From assembly GCA_937863835.1 (NCBI GenBank), contig CALMHT010000180.1:5395-69394 (forward strand): a stretch of DNA of 64,000 bases. Reading direction: 5' to 3'. A program made the translations under genes and the position numbers. The DNA is from an uncultured Prevotella sp. (lineage in GTDB: Bacteria; Bacteroidota; Bacteroidia; Bacteroidales; Bacteroidaceae). The notes under the pieces are model-generated. The model saw nothing but the letters and a program-made list of their open reading frames with translations. It did not search any database and was not told the origin of the DNA. How positions within the stretch are numbered: position 1 is the stretch's first letter; each line of letters starts with the position of its first letter. Shown piece after piece: positions 42,429 through 51,054 of the stretch.

Positions 42429-42616
42429 CGTAATTTTTTTTAATTTTTCTCTCTTTTTTCACAAAATGTTTCTGTATGTCAATAAAATGTATTACCTTAG
42501 CGTACTTTTTGGACAGAAAATGCGTTAGAACGCAAATAAATGCCCTTAAACGCGATTTTTCATTTTCTAATGATAGTTGCAGACAACCATTAAAAAACAA
42601 AAACAAATATAATCCA

Positions 42617-45241
42617 ATGGATAATACAGTAGATCAAGACAGAATTATGAAGATTAACATCGAGGAAGAGATGAAATCGTCATATATCGACTATTCTATG
42701 TCGGTAATTGTGGCCCGTGCACTTCCTGATGTCAGAGATGGTTTTAAACCTGTTCACCGCCGTATCTTATATGGTATGTTGGGAATAGGAAATACAAGTG
42801 ACAAGGCATATAAGAAATGTGCGCGCGTCGTCGGTGAGGTTTTGGGTAAGTACCATCCCCACGGTGATAGTTCCGTGTATGGAGCTTTGGTGCGTTTGGC
42901 ACAAAACTGGAATATGCGTTACACGTTAGTAGACGGACAGGGTAACTTCGGTTCAGTTGACGGTGATGGTGCAGCTGCCATGCGTTATACAGAATGTCGT
43001 CTTTCCAAAATGGGCGAGCATATCATGGACGACCTTGAAAAGGATACGGTCGATATGGCAAACAACTTCGACGATTCGCTTACTGAGCCGACAGTCATGC
43101 CTACCAAGATTCCTAATCTTTTGGTTAACGGAGGCAATGGTATTGCTGTAGGTATGGCGACAAATATCCCTACGCATAATCTGAAAGAAGTGATCAATGG
43201 TTGTTGCGCATATATTGATAATCCTGATATTGATACGGATGGATTGATGCAGTATATCAAAGCTCCTGATTTCCCAACGGGTGCATATATATATGGTATA
43301 CAAGGTGTAAAAGACGCTTATGAAACTGGTCGTGGCAGAATTATTCTTCGTGCTAAAGCTGAAATAGAACCTGGAGAAAGTCATGACACGATTATCGTAA
43401 CAGAGATACCGTATGGTGTAAACAAGGCAGAACTTGTCAAATACATCGCTGATTTATCTAATGAAAAGAAGATAGAAGGAATCACATACGTCAATGATGA
43501 GAGTGGTCGTCAGGGTATGCGAATCCGTATTGATGTACGACGTGATGCGAATGCGAATGTCGTACTTAATAAACTGTTTAAGATGACAGCTCTACAGAGC
43601 TCATTCTCTGTCAACTGCATCGCTTTGGTACATGGACGTCCGAAGTTGCTTTCTCTGAAAGAATGTGTGAAGCATTTTGTTGACCATCGTCATGATGTAA
43701 CTATCCGCCGTACTCAATTCGATTTGAAAAAGGCTCAAGACCGTGCACATATATTGGAGGCGTTAATTGTAGCTTGTGATAATATTGATGAAGTTGTACA
43801 CCTTATTCGTGCATCCAAGACACCATCTGATGCTATTGAGGCATTAAAGAATCGTTTTGAATTTGACGATGTGCAGGCAAGAGCAATCGTAGACATGCGT
43901 CTGTCACAGTTGACAGGCCTTCGTATGGATCAATTGCATCAGGAATTTGAAGAATTGGAAAAACAAATTGCATATTTGCAATCAATTCTGGACGATCCTG
44001 AACTGTGTAAGAAGGTTATGAAAGACGAACTTACAGAAGTTTCCGAAAAATATGGTGACGAACGTCGCACTGAGATTAAATATTCAAGTGAAGAATTCAA
44101 CCCCGAAGACTTCTATCCGAACGATCCTGTTGTTATTACAATCAGTCACCTTGGTTATATCAAGCGTACACCACTGTCTGAATTCCGCGAGCAAAGTAGA
44201 GGTGGAGTAGGAAGTAAGGGCGCACATACCAGGGATGAAGATTTCACCGAATATATTTATCCGGCTACAATGCACCAGACCATGCTGTTCTTTACAAAGA
44301 AGGGTAGATGTTATTGGATGAAGTGTTATGAGATACCTGAAGGAGCGAAAAACTCTAAGGGACGTGCTATACAGAATATGCTTAACATCGAAGCTGATGA
44401 CAGTGTAAATGCATTCCTCCGTATCGGCAGATTCAATGATGAAGAGTTCCTTAACAGCCATTATGTCATATTTGCCACAAAGCAAGGCGTAATCAAGAAG
44501 ACATCTTTGAAAGACTATAGTCGTCCACGTACCAATGGCGTTATTGCCATTAATATTCGTGAAGATGATGAGGTAGTAGGTGTACGTCTGACAAATGGTC
44601 ATAATGAGATTATTTTAGCCAATCGTAACGGTCGTGCTGTCAGATTCGATGAGAGTTTGGTTCGTTGCATGGGACGTGTATCAACCGGTGTCCGCGGTAT
44701 GATGTTGGATGCAGGTGATGATGAATTAGTTGGAATGGTCATTGTTAATGATACAGAGAAGGAAACGATCATGGTAGTCAGTGAAAACGGTTACGGCAAG
44801 CGTTCGCAGATAGAAGATTATCGCAAGACCAACCGTGGCGCAAAGGGAGTAAAGACACTTTCTATCACAGAGAAGACAGGACGTCTCGTTGCCATTAAGA
44901 TTGTTACCGATGAGAACGATTTAATGATAATCAATAAGAGTGGAATTCTTATACGTCTTAAGGTTGCCGATGTCAGAATAATGGGTAGAGCTACTCAAGG
45001 AGTACGTCTTATCAATCTCACTAAGAAGAATGATGTCATTGCCAGCGTATGTAAAGTGATGAGTTCCGAACTGGAAGAAATGGTTGAAGAACAGAGTCGT
45101 AAAGATTTTGCGCAGAGCAATGAAGCTATAACAGCCGACAATACAGGAATTATTGATGATGACACTGTTGAAGGCATGGATTCTGAAGATACAGACGATG
45201 CTCCGCTTGTAGATTTTGATGATGACAATAAAGAAGATTAA
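42617..45241 (+). CDS. gyrA: DNA gyrase subunit A
   Basis: RALPDVRDG.KPVHRR, HPHGDS, AAAMRYTE (catalytic Tyr), GyrA-box-like QSRGGVG, beta-pinwheel repeats and acidic tail. True start taken as MDNTVDQD at 42617. Confidence 0.97.
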   Translation: MDNTVDQDRIMKINIEEEMKSSYIDYSMSVIVARALPDVRDGFKPVHRRILYGMLGIGNTSDKAYKKCARVVGEVLGKYHPHGDSSVYGALVRLAQNWNMRYTLVDGQGNFGSVDGDGAAAMRYTECRLSKMGEHIMDDLEKDTVDMANNFDDSLTEPTVMPTKIPNLLVNGGNGIAVGMATNIPTHNLKEVINGCCAYIDNPDIDTDGLMQYIKAPDFPTGAYIYGIQGVKDAYETGRGRIILRAKAEIEPGESHDTIIVTEIPYGVNKAELVKYIADLSNEKKIEGITYVNDESGRQGMRIRIDVRRDANANVVLNKLFKMTALQSSFSVNCIALVHGRPKLLSLKECVKHFVDHRHDVTIRRTQFDLKKAQDRAHILEALIVACDNIDEVVHLIRASKTPSDAIEALKNRFEFDDVQARAIVDMRLSQLTGLRMDQLHQEFEELEKQIAYLQSILDDPELCKKVMKDELTEVSEKYGDERRTEIKYSSEEFNPEDFYPNDPVVITISHLGYIKRTPLSEFREQSRGGVGSKGAHTRDEDFTEYIYPATMHQTMLFFTKKGRCYWMKCYEIPEGAKNSKGRAIQNMLNIEADDSVNAFLRIGRFNDEEFLNSHYVIFATKQGVIKKTSLKDYSRPRTNGVIAINIREDDEVVGVRLTNGHNEIILANRNGRAVRFDESLVRCMGRVSTGVRGMMLDAGDDELVGMVIVNDTEKETIMVVSENGYGKRSQIEDYRKTNRGAKGVKTLSITEKTGRLVAIKIVTDENDLMIINKSGILIRLKVADVRIMGRATQGVRLINLTKKNDVIASVCKVMSSELEEMVEEQSRKDFAQSNEAITADNTGIIDDDTVEGMDSEDTDDAPLVDFDDDNKED

Positions 45242-45264
45242 ACGTTAAACCAAATAAAATCATT

Positions 45265-46515
45265 ATGAAAAAAATTATGATTCTAGCACTGATGGTCGCA
45301 TCAACATCATGTGCGTTTGCTCAAGATCCTGTTAAGGATATGAATAAGGCTAAAACATTCGAAGATGCACAGGCTATTCTTAAGTCTAATATTGGTAGCA
45401 TGTCTGATGAACAGAAGGCTAAAGCTTACAACACACTTGTTGACAAGTCGATGGAAAAAGTTCAGAAGGAGCAGGCAACAATGAGTGCTAACCAAGTTGC
45501 AGAACAGTTGAAAACAGGAAAGGTAGAACCTTATGACACATTAGGTTTCTATAATGCTGTTATGAATTCGTTCAAGTCAGCCATCGAATGTGACAAATAT
45601 GATCAGAAACCTAACGAAAAGGGAAAGATTAAACCTAAATTCCGCAGTTCTAATCAGACTCGCCTATTCCCGATACGTGTCAACCTTATCAATGGTGGAC
45701 AGGCTTCTGCTCAGAAGAACAAGAACAAAGAAGCAGGAGAACAGTATGCGATGTATGTAGACAGTTATACATTACCTCTGTTTGATGGTGTAGACAAGAG
45801 CAAGGGTGACCAATATTTAGGAGAAGTAGCTCGTGTAGCTGCTATCTATGCTTGTCAGGATTCAGACTATGCTAAAGCTAACAGATATATTGATGTAGCT
45901 TTAAAGGACACAGCATCAGCAAAAAGTGCCATGGATCTGAAACTGTATATTATGCAGACACAGTTGAAGACGAAAGCAGACTCTTTGAATTATGTTAAAG
46001 AGCTTGAAGGTATTTATGCTAAAGATACAAAAAATGAAAGAATCTTTGGTCTTCTCGGAGGCATGTACAGTTCATTAGGAATGAATGACAAGTTTAATAC
46101 ATGTATCAATGAAAGATTGGCAGCAGATCCTAAGGACAAGATGGCTCTTGAACTGAGAGGTCAGACCAATATGAATGCAAAGAAATGGGATGCAGCCATA
46201 GCTGACTACAAAAAGGCCGTTGAAGTAGACCCTGAAAATGTTATCGTATTGACTTATTTAGGCTATACCATTAACAGTAAAGCGAATGAGATGAACGATA
46301 AGTTGGCCAATAAGAACGGTATGTTATCAGCAGAAAATATGGCAAAGGTAAAGGCTTTATTCCAGGAATCTATGGGTTATCTGGAGAAAGCTCGTGATCT
46401 GGACCCTAACCGTGAGAAAGCCAATTGGTCATATCCTCTCTTCGGATGCTATTATATCGTATATGGTGCTAACAATCCTAAGACAAAGGAAATAGAAGCT
46501 CTTACAAAACAATAA
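45265..46515 (+). CDS. Exported TPR-repeat protein
   Basis: Signal peptide (CAFA-QD); helical TPR repeats such as WDAAIADYKKAVEVDPEN. Confidence 0.85.
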   Translation: MKKIMILALMVASTSCAFAQDPVKDMNKAKTFEDAQAILKSNIGSMSDEQKAKAYNTLVDKSMEKVQKEQATMSANQVAEQLKTGKVEPYDTLGFYNAVMNSFKSAIECDKYDQKPNEKGKIKPKFRSSNQTRLFPIRVNLINGGQASAQKNKNKEAGEQYAMYVDSYTLPLFDGVDKSKGDQYLGEVARVAAIYACQDSDYAKANRYIDVALKDTASAKSAMDLKLYIMQTQLKTKADSLNYVKELEGIYAKDTKNERIFGLLGGMYSSLGMNDKFNTCINERLAADPKDKMALELRGQTNMNAKKWDAAIADYKKAVEVDPENVIVLTYLGYTINSKANEMNDKLANKNGMLSAENMAKVKALFQESMGYLEKARDLDPNREKANWSYPLFGCYYIVYGANNPKTKEIEALTKQ

Positions 46516-46537
46516 TTATAATATAATTAATTGAATC

Positions 46538-46577
46538 AAGTGCCTGAATGATTCTCATAAGAGTCGTTCAGGCACTT
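46538..46577 (+). terminator. Long hairpin between the two TPR genes
   Basis: AAGTGCCTGAATGATTCT-CATA-AGAGTCGTTCAGGCACTT: 18-bp stem with two G.U pairs followed by TCT. Confidence 0.7.
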
Positions 46578-46592
46578 TCTAACAAAAGATAT

Positions 46593-47774
46593 ATGCGTCT
46601 CATATTATTTATCATAGCCTTTTCTTTCTCAGTGTGCATCAATGCGCAGAAAAAAGAAATATCTCAGGCACAGACTTATATTAAAAGTGGTAAAGACTTC
46701 GATAAGGCTGAGCAGCTTATGCAGACATTGCTGCAGAAGCAGGATAATCGTAATAATATGAAGATATATATCACATTGTTCGAATCTGTACGCAAGCAAT
46801 ATGAGCAAAACAATGAGAATTTGTTTCTGAGACAAAAGGCTGATACTGCCTCCTTATTTACTAATTGCTATAAGATGTTCTGTATAGTGGAAAGTATGGA
46901 TACTCTTGATGCAAAACCGGATAAAAAGGGTCGAGTTAGTCCTAAATACAGGAAACGTAATGCTGAATATTTGGACCCATATCGTCTTAATTTATTTTAT
47001 GGTGGAGCCTATTATATACGACACCAGCAGTACCGTACAGCTTTCGACTTCTTTAAAAAGTATATAGATTGCGCTACAAGTCCTTTCTTTACCGGCTACA
47101 ATTATCTGGAGAAGGACAAACATATACCTGAAGCCGCTTATTGGACGACATTCTGCGGGTATAAGATGAATGATGCTGATCGTACTTTGCAGTATAAGGA
47201 TCTTGCCTTAAAAGATTCCACCGTTTTAAGTTTTACACTGCAATATATGGCAGAAGCATATCTTATGAAGAAGGATACGACGAATTATCTTTCAACACTG
47301 AAAGTAGGATTCGGTTTTAATCCGCAGTTCCAATTTTTCTTTCCGAGATTAATAGATTATTATACGACCACAAACCAGTTGGACAGTGCAATGGCCATTA
47401 CAGACAAGGCTCTAGCCGTGAATGACAGTAATATTGTTTTCCGTTTTGCAAAGAGTTCTATTTTGTTGAATGAAGGTAAATATAAAGAATCAATAGACCT
47501 TAGCGACAGTATAATAGCAAAAGATGACAGTCTGGCTGATGCCTATTTTAATGCAGGGACAGCCTACCTCAACATGGCTCTCACATTAGAAGAATCCTCC
47601 CGTCCACGCAAGAAAGATATAAATAACGCATACAAGAAAGCCCGTACATATATAGAACGTTACAGACTTCTGGCGCCAGATGAGAAAGACAAATGGGCAC
47701 CGGCTTTATATCGTATCTATCTTAAGCTCAATATGGGGAAGCAGTTTGATGAAATCGACAAACTAATGCATTAA
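46593..47774 (+). CDS. Exported TPR-repeat protein, paralog of the upstream gene
   Basis: Signal peptide MRLILFIIAFSFSVCINA; TPR repeats. Start set at 46593, after the hairpin. Confidence 0.82.
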   Translation: MRLILFIIAFSFSVCINAQKKEISQAQTYIKSGKDFDKAEQLMQTLLQKQDNRNNMKIYITLFESVRKQYEQNNENLFLRQKADTASLFTNCYKMFCIVESMDTLDAKPDKKGRVSPKYRKRNAEYLDPYRLNLFYGGAYYIRHQQYRTAFDFFKKYIDCATSPFFTGYNYLEKDKHIPEAAYWTTFCGYKMNDADRTLQYKDLALKDSTVLSFTLQYMAEAYLMKKDTTNYLSTLKVGFGFNPQFQFFFPRLIDYYTTTNQLDSAMAITDKALAVNDSNIVFRFAKSSILLNEGKYKESIDLSDSIIAKDDSLADAYFNAGTAYLNMALTLEESSRPRKKDINNAYKKARTYIERYRLLAPDEKDKWAPALYRIYLKLNMGKQFDEIDKLMH

Positions 47775-48714
47775 ATTCCTTCTTTGTTATTTGTATGACA
47801 GTACCATGTCGTGGAGTAAAGAAACCTTTTGTTTCGGTATTGGCTACGAATTGAAAATGCAGTAAATCCTCTGTTTTACAGAATTGATAATGATGATTGC
47901 GATAACAGTCGTACATCATGCACCACCCGCCTTTTATTAGGGGAAATAGTCCCACGCCTTCCACATCTTCTTTTGTCTGTTCAAAAGTACCGGGAAGTAA
48001 AGTCCAGCTGGCCGAGTCGTGAATGTCTGTGAATGTATATTGTCTGATACCTTTTTTCTTGGCACCTTCTGTCTTAAAAAACAGATGATATGTACCGTTC
48101 TTGTCAATAGCGATATCTGTGTCTATACTTGCCTGGTTATAATCAAACAGAACCTGCGGCTGTCCTTCCAAATCAGAAAAGTCTTTGTTCGCGTATGCCC
48201 AATACACACGGTCATAAGGAATCGTGCCATCATTGGTCAATAAAGAGAAGTAAACCATATATTTACCTGCTTTTTTGTCATAGATTGTCTGCGGAGCCCA
48301 TACGCGAGTGACATTGGCAAAATTTGATCCTGAAAATCGGGTAGGGAAGTTGACCGTATGATGTTCCCAATTGATTAAATCTTTGGAACGCATCATCACG
48401 ATACCTCTATTGGAATCCCAACCCAATGTACATCTCATATCTGTGTTTACCATATAGAACCAGTCGTCTTCTCCGCGCAATATATGAGGGTCTCTTACAC
48501 CTCTGGATATAGCAATAGAGTCGGAAGCGATAACTGGTTTACCATCATTCAGGGGTGTATAAGTGAATCCGTCGGTACTTGTAGCGTAACATATCTGTTC
48601 CTTTTCGGGAGAATTACCTGTAAAGTACACGAATAGATAATACTTCATTTTTGGTTTACCGCAAACTGTTATTGCGATTAGCAGCATTGTAATAATTAAA
48701 GCGTTTCTTTTCAT
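47728..48714 (-). CDS. GH43-like five-bladed beta-propeller glycosidase (arabinosidase/xylosidase-like), exported
   Basis: Signal peptide; YLF.YF.G, GVRDP.I.R (general base Asp), RSKDL..W, WAPQ, SIDT.I and VEG; C-terminal PRHGTVI. Confidence 0.85.
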   Translation of the reverse strand: MKRNALIITMLLIAITVCGKPKMKYYLFVYFTGNSPEKEQICYATSTDGFTYTPLNDGKPVIASDSIAISRGVRDPHILRGEDDWFYMVNTDMRCTLGWDSNRGIVMMRSKDLINWEHHTVNFPTRFSGSNFANVTRVWAPQTIYDKKAGKYMVYFSLLTNDGTIPYDRVYWAYANKDFSDLEGQPQVLFDYNQASIDTDIAIDKNGTYHLFFKTEGAKKKGIRQYTFTDIHDSASWTLLPGTFEQTKEDVEGVGLFPLIKGGWCMMYDCYRNHHYQFCKTEDLLHFQFVANTETKGFFTPRHGTVIQITKKEFNALVCRFHQTASPY

Positions 48715-48825
48715 TTCAGTTAGTAGTTTTGTGGCGCAAAGTTAATATAAAAAATCGACTTATTTCGAAATTCATATCATATTAAAGAATTTAAACAAAT
48801 AATTTTGGTTTTAAAAATATCATCA

Positions 48826-48833
48826 TATATTTG
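48826..48833 (+). promoter_or_regulatory. -7 element (TATATTTG), with TTTG -33 at 48804-48807, driving a short ORF or RNA
   Basis: Both elements are visible with an 18-nt spacer, divergent from the GH43 promoter (CAAAGTTA at about 48737-48744). Confidence 0.55.
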
Positions 48834-48857
48834 CAATGTTTTGATAAATTTATAATT

Positions 48858-48935
48858 ATGGAAAATATCAAGAAATTATTTGCACTGATTAGATTGTCAA
48901 GAAACAGTCAGAGATTTTACACAACGCTTCTGTAA
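48858..48935 (+). CDS. Candidate 25-aa small ORF (MENIKKLFALIRLSRNSQRFYTTLL), or a truncated gene remnant
   Basis: ATG preceded by AT-rich TATAATT and an upstream promoter; the stop TAA coincides with the first repeat arm. Confidence 0.35.
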   Translation: MENIKKLFALIRLSRNSQRFYTTLL

Positions 48936-49001
48936 ACACATTACAGCGGTGCGGTAACAATGTTACACAAGGCGTGTAATCTCTTTACAGCGGTGCTGTA
49001 A
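48919..49001. repeat. Array of four 22-bp-periodic palindromic units TTACA-N7-TGTAA separated by 5 nt
   Basis: Units: 48919 ACACAACGCTTCTGTAA, 48941 TTACAGCGGTGCGGTAA, 48963 TTACACAAGGCGTGTAA, 48985 TTACAGCGGTGCTGTAA. Confidence 0.85.
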
Positions 49002-49132
49002 TTGTATTCTAACGGTTTTTGTTGACTACTTGGCTGCTTATTTACAAAGTCGGTTTATTCGGTTTATCATTATTTTCATGCGAGTTGATACACGCTTCTT
49101 GTTATTGACCATAAACGCCGACCTTTGAAAAA

Positions 49133-49167
49133 GAATCCCGAAAGTTATTGTTTAACTTTCGGGATTC
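49133..49167 (-). terminator. Intrinsic terminator after the QueD-like gene
   Basis: GAATCCCGAAAGTTA-TTGTT-TAACTTTCGGGATTC perfect 15-bp stem, with a U-tract on the - strand. Confidence 0.88.
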
Positions 49168-49184
49168 AAATGATTATATTTCAC

Positions 49185-49751
49185 TTACTTCTTTTTATAT
49201 CCGCATTTCGGACAAACACCATTTTCGTCTAATGCCACACCGCAGAGAGGACATCTGTCGACTGTTCCGCTTGGATTAAATTCAGCCGATGCAATATTCA
49301 CACCGCTCACAAAAGTAATCTTGGCGATTTTCAGTTTGTCTTTCAATAAATCATATACTATCTTAATCATTCCCTCGACAGTCATCGTTTCTTTTGTGAC
49401 CACGAGACGGCAGTCGGGATAAGCAGTGCAGAGTTCTGTCTTGAAAGCCTCGCCTTTCATCTTATTCTGTGGATGACCGTTCTTGATGCCTTGTTTTTCG
49501 TATACATCGAGGATAGCCGGGAGCAGAGGATCGTCCTCGCGGAGAATGAGTGCATGATCAAAATTCTTGATAACGCTCCATGCCACTTTCTGAATCTCAT
49601 TGCATGGATAAACCATATTTACGCCCTTTTCTACAGTGTCTTCTACTTCGATTGTCAATTTACCAGTGTGACCGTGAAGATACTGAGCTTCACCTTGGAA
49701 GCGATAGAAACGGTGTGCGTACTGGATGTCAAATGTTGTGATACTTCTCAT
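49185..49751 (-). CDS. QueD/PTPS-family (T-fold) paralog lacking the catalytic Cys, with a C-terminal CxxC-x9-CxxC metal ribbon
   Basis: Zn ligands H13 (YAHRF) and H26/H28 (LHGH); FDHALIL; TVE pterin-binding Glu; C-terminus CPLCGVALDENGVCPKCGYKK. Confidence 0.8.
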   Translation of the reverse strand: MRSITTFDIQYAHRFYRFQGEAQYLHGHTGKLTIEVEDTVEKGVNMVYPCNEIQKVAWSVIKNFDHALILREDDPLLPAILDVYEKQGIKNGHPQNKMKGEAFKTELCTAYPDCRLVVTKETMTVEGMIKIVYDLLKDKLKIAKITFVSGVNIASAEFNPSGTVDRCPLCGVALDENGVCPKCGYKKK

Positions 49752-49792
49752 AATTGTAATTTTTTATTGATTAATAATCTTGTTTACTGTTG

Positions 49793-49858
49793 CAAAGATA
49801 ATATATTTATTGATAGATTCCAACAGATAAAAGTTATCGTCTCATTGATAAAATCTAT
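49793..49858 (-). promoter_or_regulatory. Promoter of the QueD-like gene: -7 TATCTTTG (49793-49800), -33-like GTTG (49821-49824) and OxyR/LysR-like operator (49823-49858)
   Basis: + strand ACAG-ATAAAAG-TTAT-N6-ATTG-ATAAAAT-CTAT resembles ATAG-N7-CTAT-N7-ATAG-N7-CTAT; a third partial copy lies at 49809-49823. Confidence 0.55.
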
Positions 49859-49890
49859 ATTGCTGCAGTGCTTGCTATATCAAGCATTTC

Positions 49891-50784
49891 TTATTTGTCA
49901 GGTTCAGTAAAAGAAAATATCTTATCGAGAATATCCCTCTTTCGTGTGCATTGTCCGAATTCAGCACCTTTATCTTCATCCGTATCGTTGATTTCGCATA
50001 TACCTATATAGTGAAACAATCGGTTAAATGTTCTATAACCATAGGCATCAACTTCGTAATATAAGAGATCAGGAAATGCTTTGAAATACTTTTCGGCATA
50101 AAAATCCATATTATGCCATTCTTCACCATAATGATGTAGTAACCACAGAGAATACAATCTGCCTATATTTGCTACTTCCTCACCTTCGAACGAATCAAAA
50201 TAGGCTACATTGAAATTCATAAACATAAAATACATCAATGTATGGAATATGGTATTACCATCATTCAGTAATTTTTTTCCTTTAGAAGTCAACGACATCT
50301 TGCCTGTACGAATCTTGATAAAACCGCATGATTTCAGAGCTATGTGCAATACCCGAACCACCTCCACCCTTTGTTCTGTCTTCTGTTTGTAATAATTAGA
50401 ATTCCAATCTTCCAATCCCATTCCGTATAATTCACTGACCAATTTAGGTGGGATATAACCTTGTGGCGTGAGCTTCAGCTCTTTTCCATCCAGCAATCGC
50501 ATAAGATAGAGAGCCTGTTTCATAAATGGAATCTCTTCTATTTCTTCATCCTTCAACGTTTTCAGTTGAATAGGGCACCCTTCTTCAAATGGCCTGTCGA
50601 GAAGATAATGCATTTGAACGGGCGAGAAGCCATGAAACCTTTCTTGTGGCTTAATATTCTGTTCTTCTGTCCTTTTTTGAAGAAACATATTCAAATCGCT
50701 CAAACTCGGTGATTGCCCGTGCTTTACCAGCTCATCAATGTAAGCCTGCAACTGCTTTGTTATTTCTTTAGAGACTTCGTTCAT
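49891..50784 (-). CDS. Hypothetical protein with winged-helix-like motifs
   Basis: 297-aa open frame. KLTPQGYIPPKLVSELY and LKSCGFIKIRTGKMSLTSKGKKLL resemble wHTH recognition-helix/wing segments. Start set at MNEVSKE. Confidence 0.6.
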   Translation of the reverse strand: MNEVSKEITKQLQAYIDELVKHGQSPSLSDLNMFLQKRTEEQNIKPQERFHGFSPVQMHYLLDRPFEEGCPIQLKTLKDEEIEEIPFMKQALYLMRLLDGKELKLTPQGYIPPKLVSELYGMGLEDWNSNYYKQKTEQRVEVVRVLHIALKSCGFIKIRTGKMSLTSKGKKLLNDGNTIFHTLMYFMFMNFNVAYFDSFEGEEVANIGRLYSLWLLHHYGEEWHNMDFYAEKYFKAFPDLLYYEVDAYGYRTFNRLFHYIGICEINDTDEDKGAEFGQCTRKRDILDKIFSFTEPDK

Positions 50785-51054
50785 GTGGCTATTTTTATTA
50801 GTTTTAATTTTCTCATTAATTGCTATTCCATAGTAAATTAAAGACTTGAGAATAGACATCAGGATATGTGATTTTGATTCTGCAAGTCAAATCCAAAGGT
50901 GTTTTCTTACATACATAATATTGCAATATTAAAGATAATGATGCAAATATACTTCTTTTTTGATATAATAACGATATGGTGGCAAAAAAAATTCCCTGCT
51001 TCTCGCTCGATTTTATTTTTTCTTCATATCTTTACCCCCAAAATATATCAGATT

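Noticed and set aside
42364-42606. 80-aa minus-strand ORF between clpC and gyrA
   Set aside because: It overlaps promoter motifs and T-rich intergenic DNA and has no recognisable features; likely spurious.
42476-42616. N-terminal extension of GyrA in the ORF track
   Set aside because: The extension covers the clpC/gyrA divergent promoter region and has no GyrA-like sequence; the homologous start is MDNTVDQD at 42617.
48919-49001. 22-bp periodic array interpreted as a mini-CRISPR
   Set aside because: The period is 22 bp in total with 5-7-nt variable parts, far too short for repeat plus spacer, and there are no cas genes or leader.
50785-50859. Longer start of the hypothetical protein (322 aa)
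   Set aside because: The upstream part is AT-rich, leader-like sequence; MNEVSKE at 50784 is the more plausible start, though not proven.
50899-51054. N-terminal extension of OxyR in the ORF track (360 aa)
   Set aside because: The LysR HTH begins at MSLQQLEY (51055), giving the typical 308 aa; the extension is AT-rich intergenic sequence containing promoter elements.
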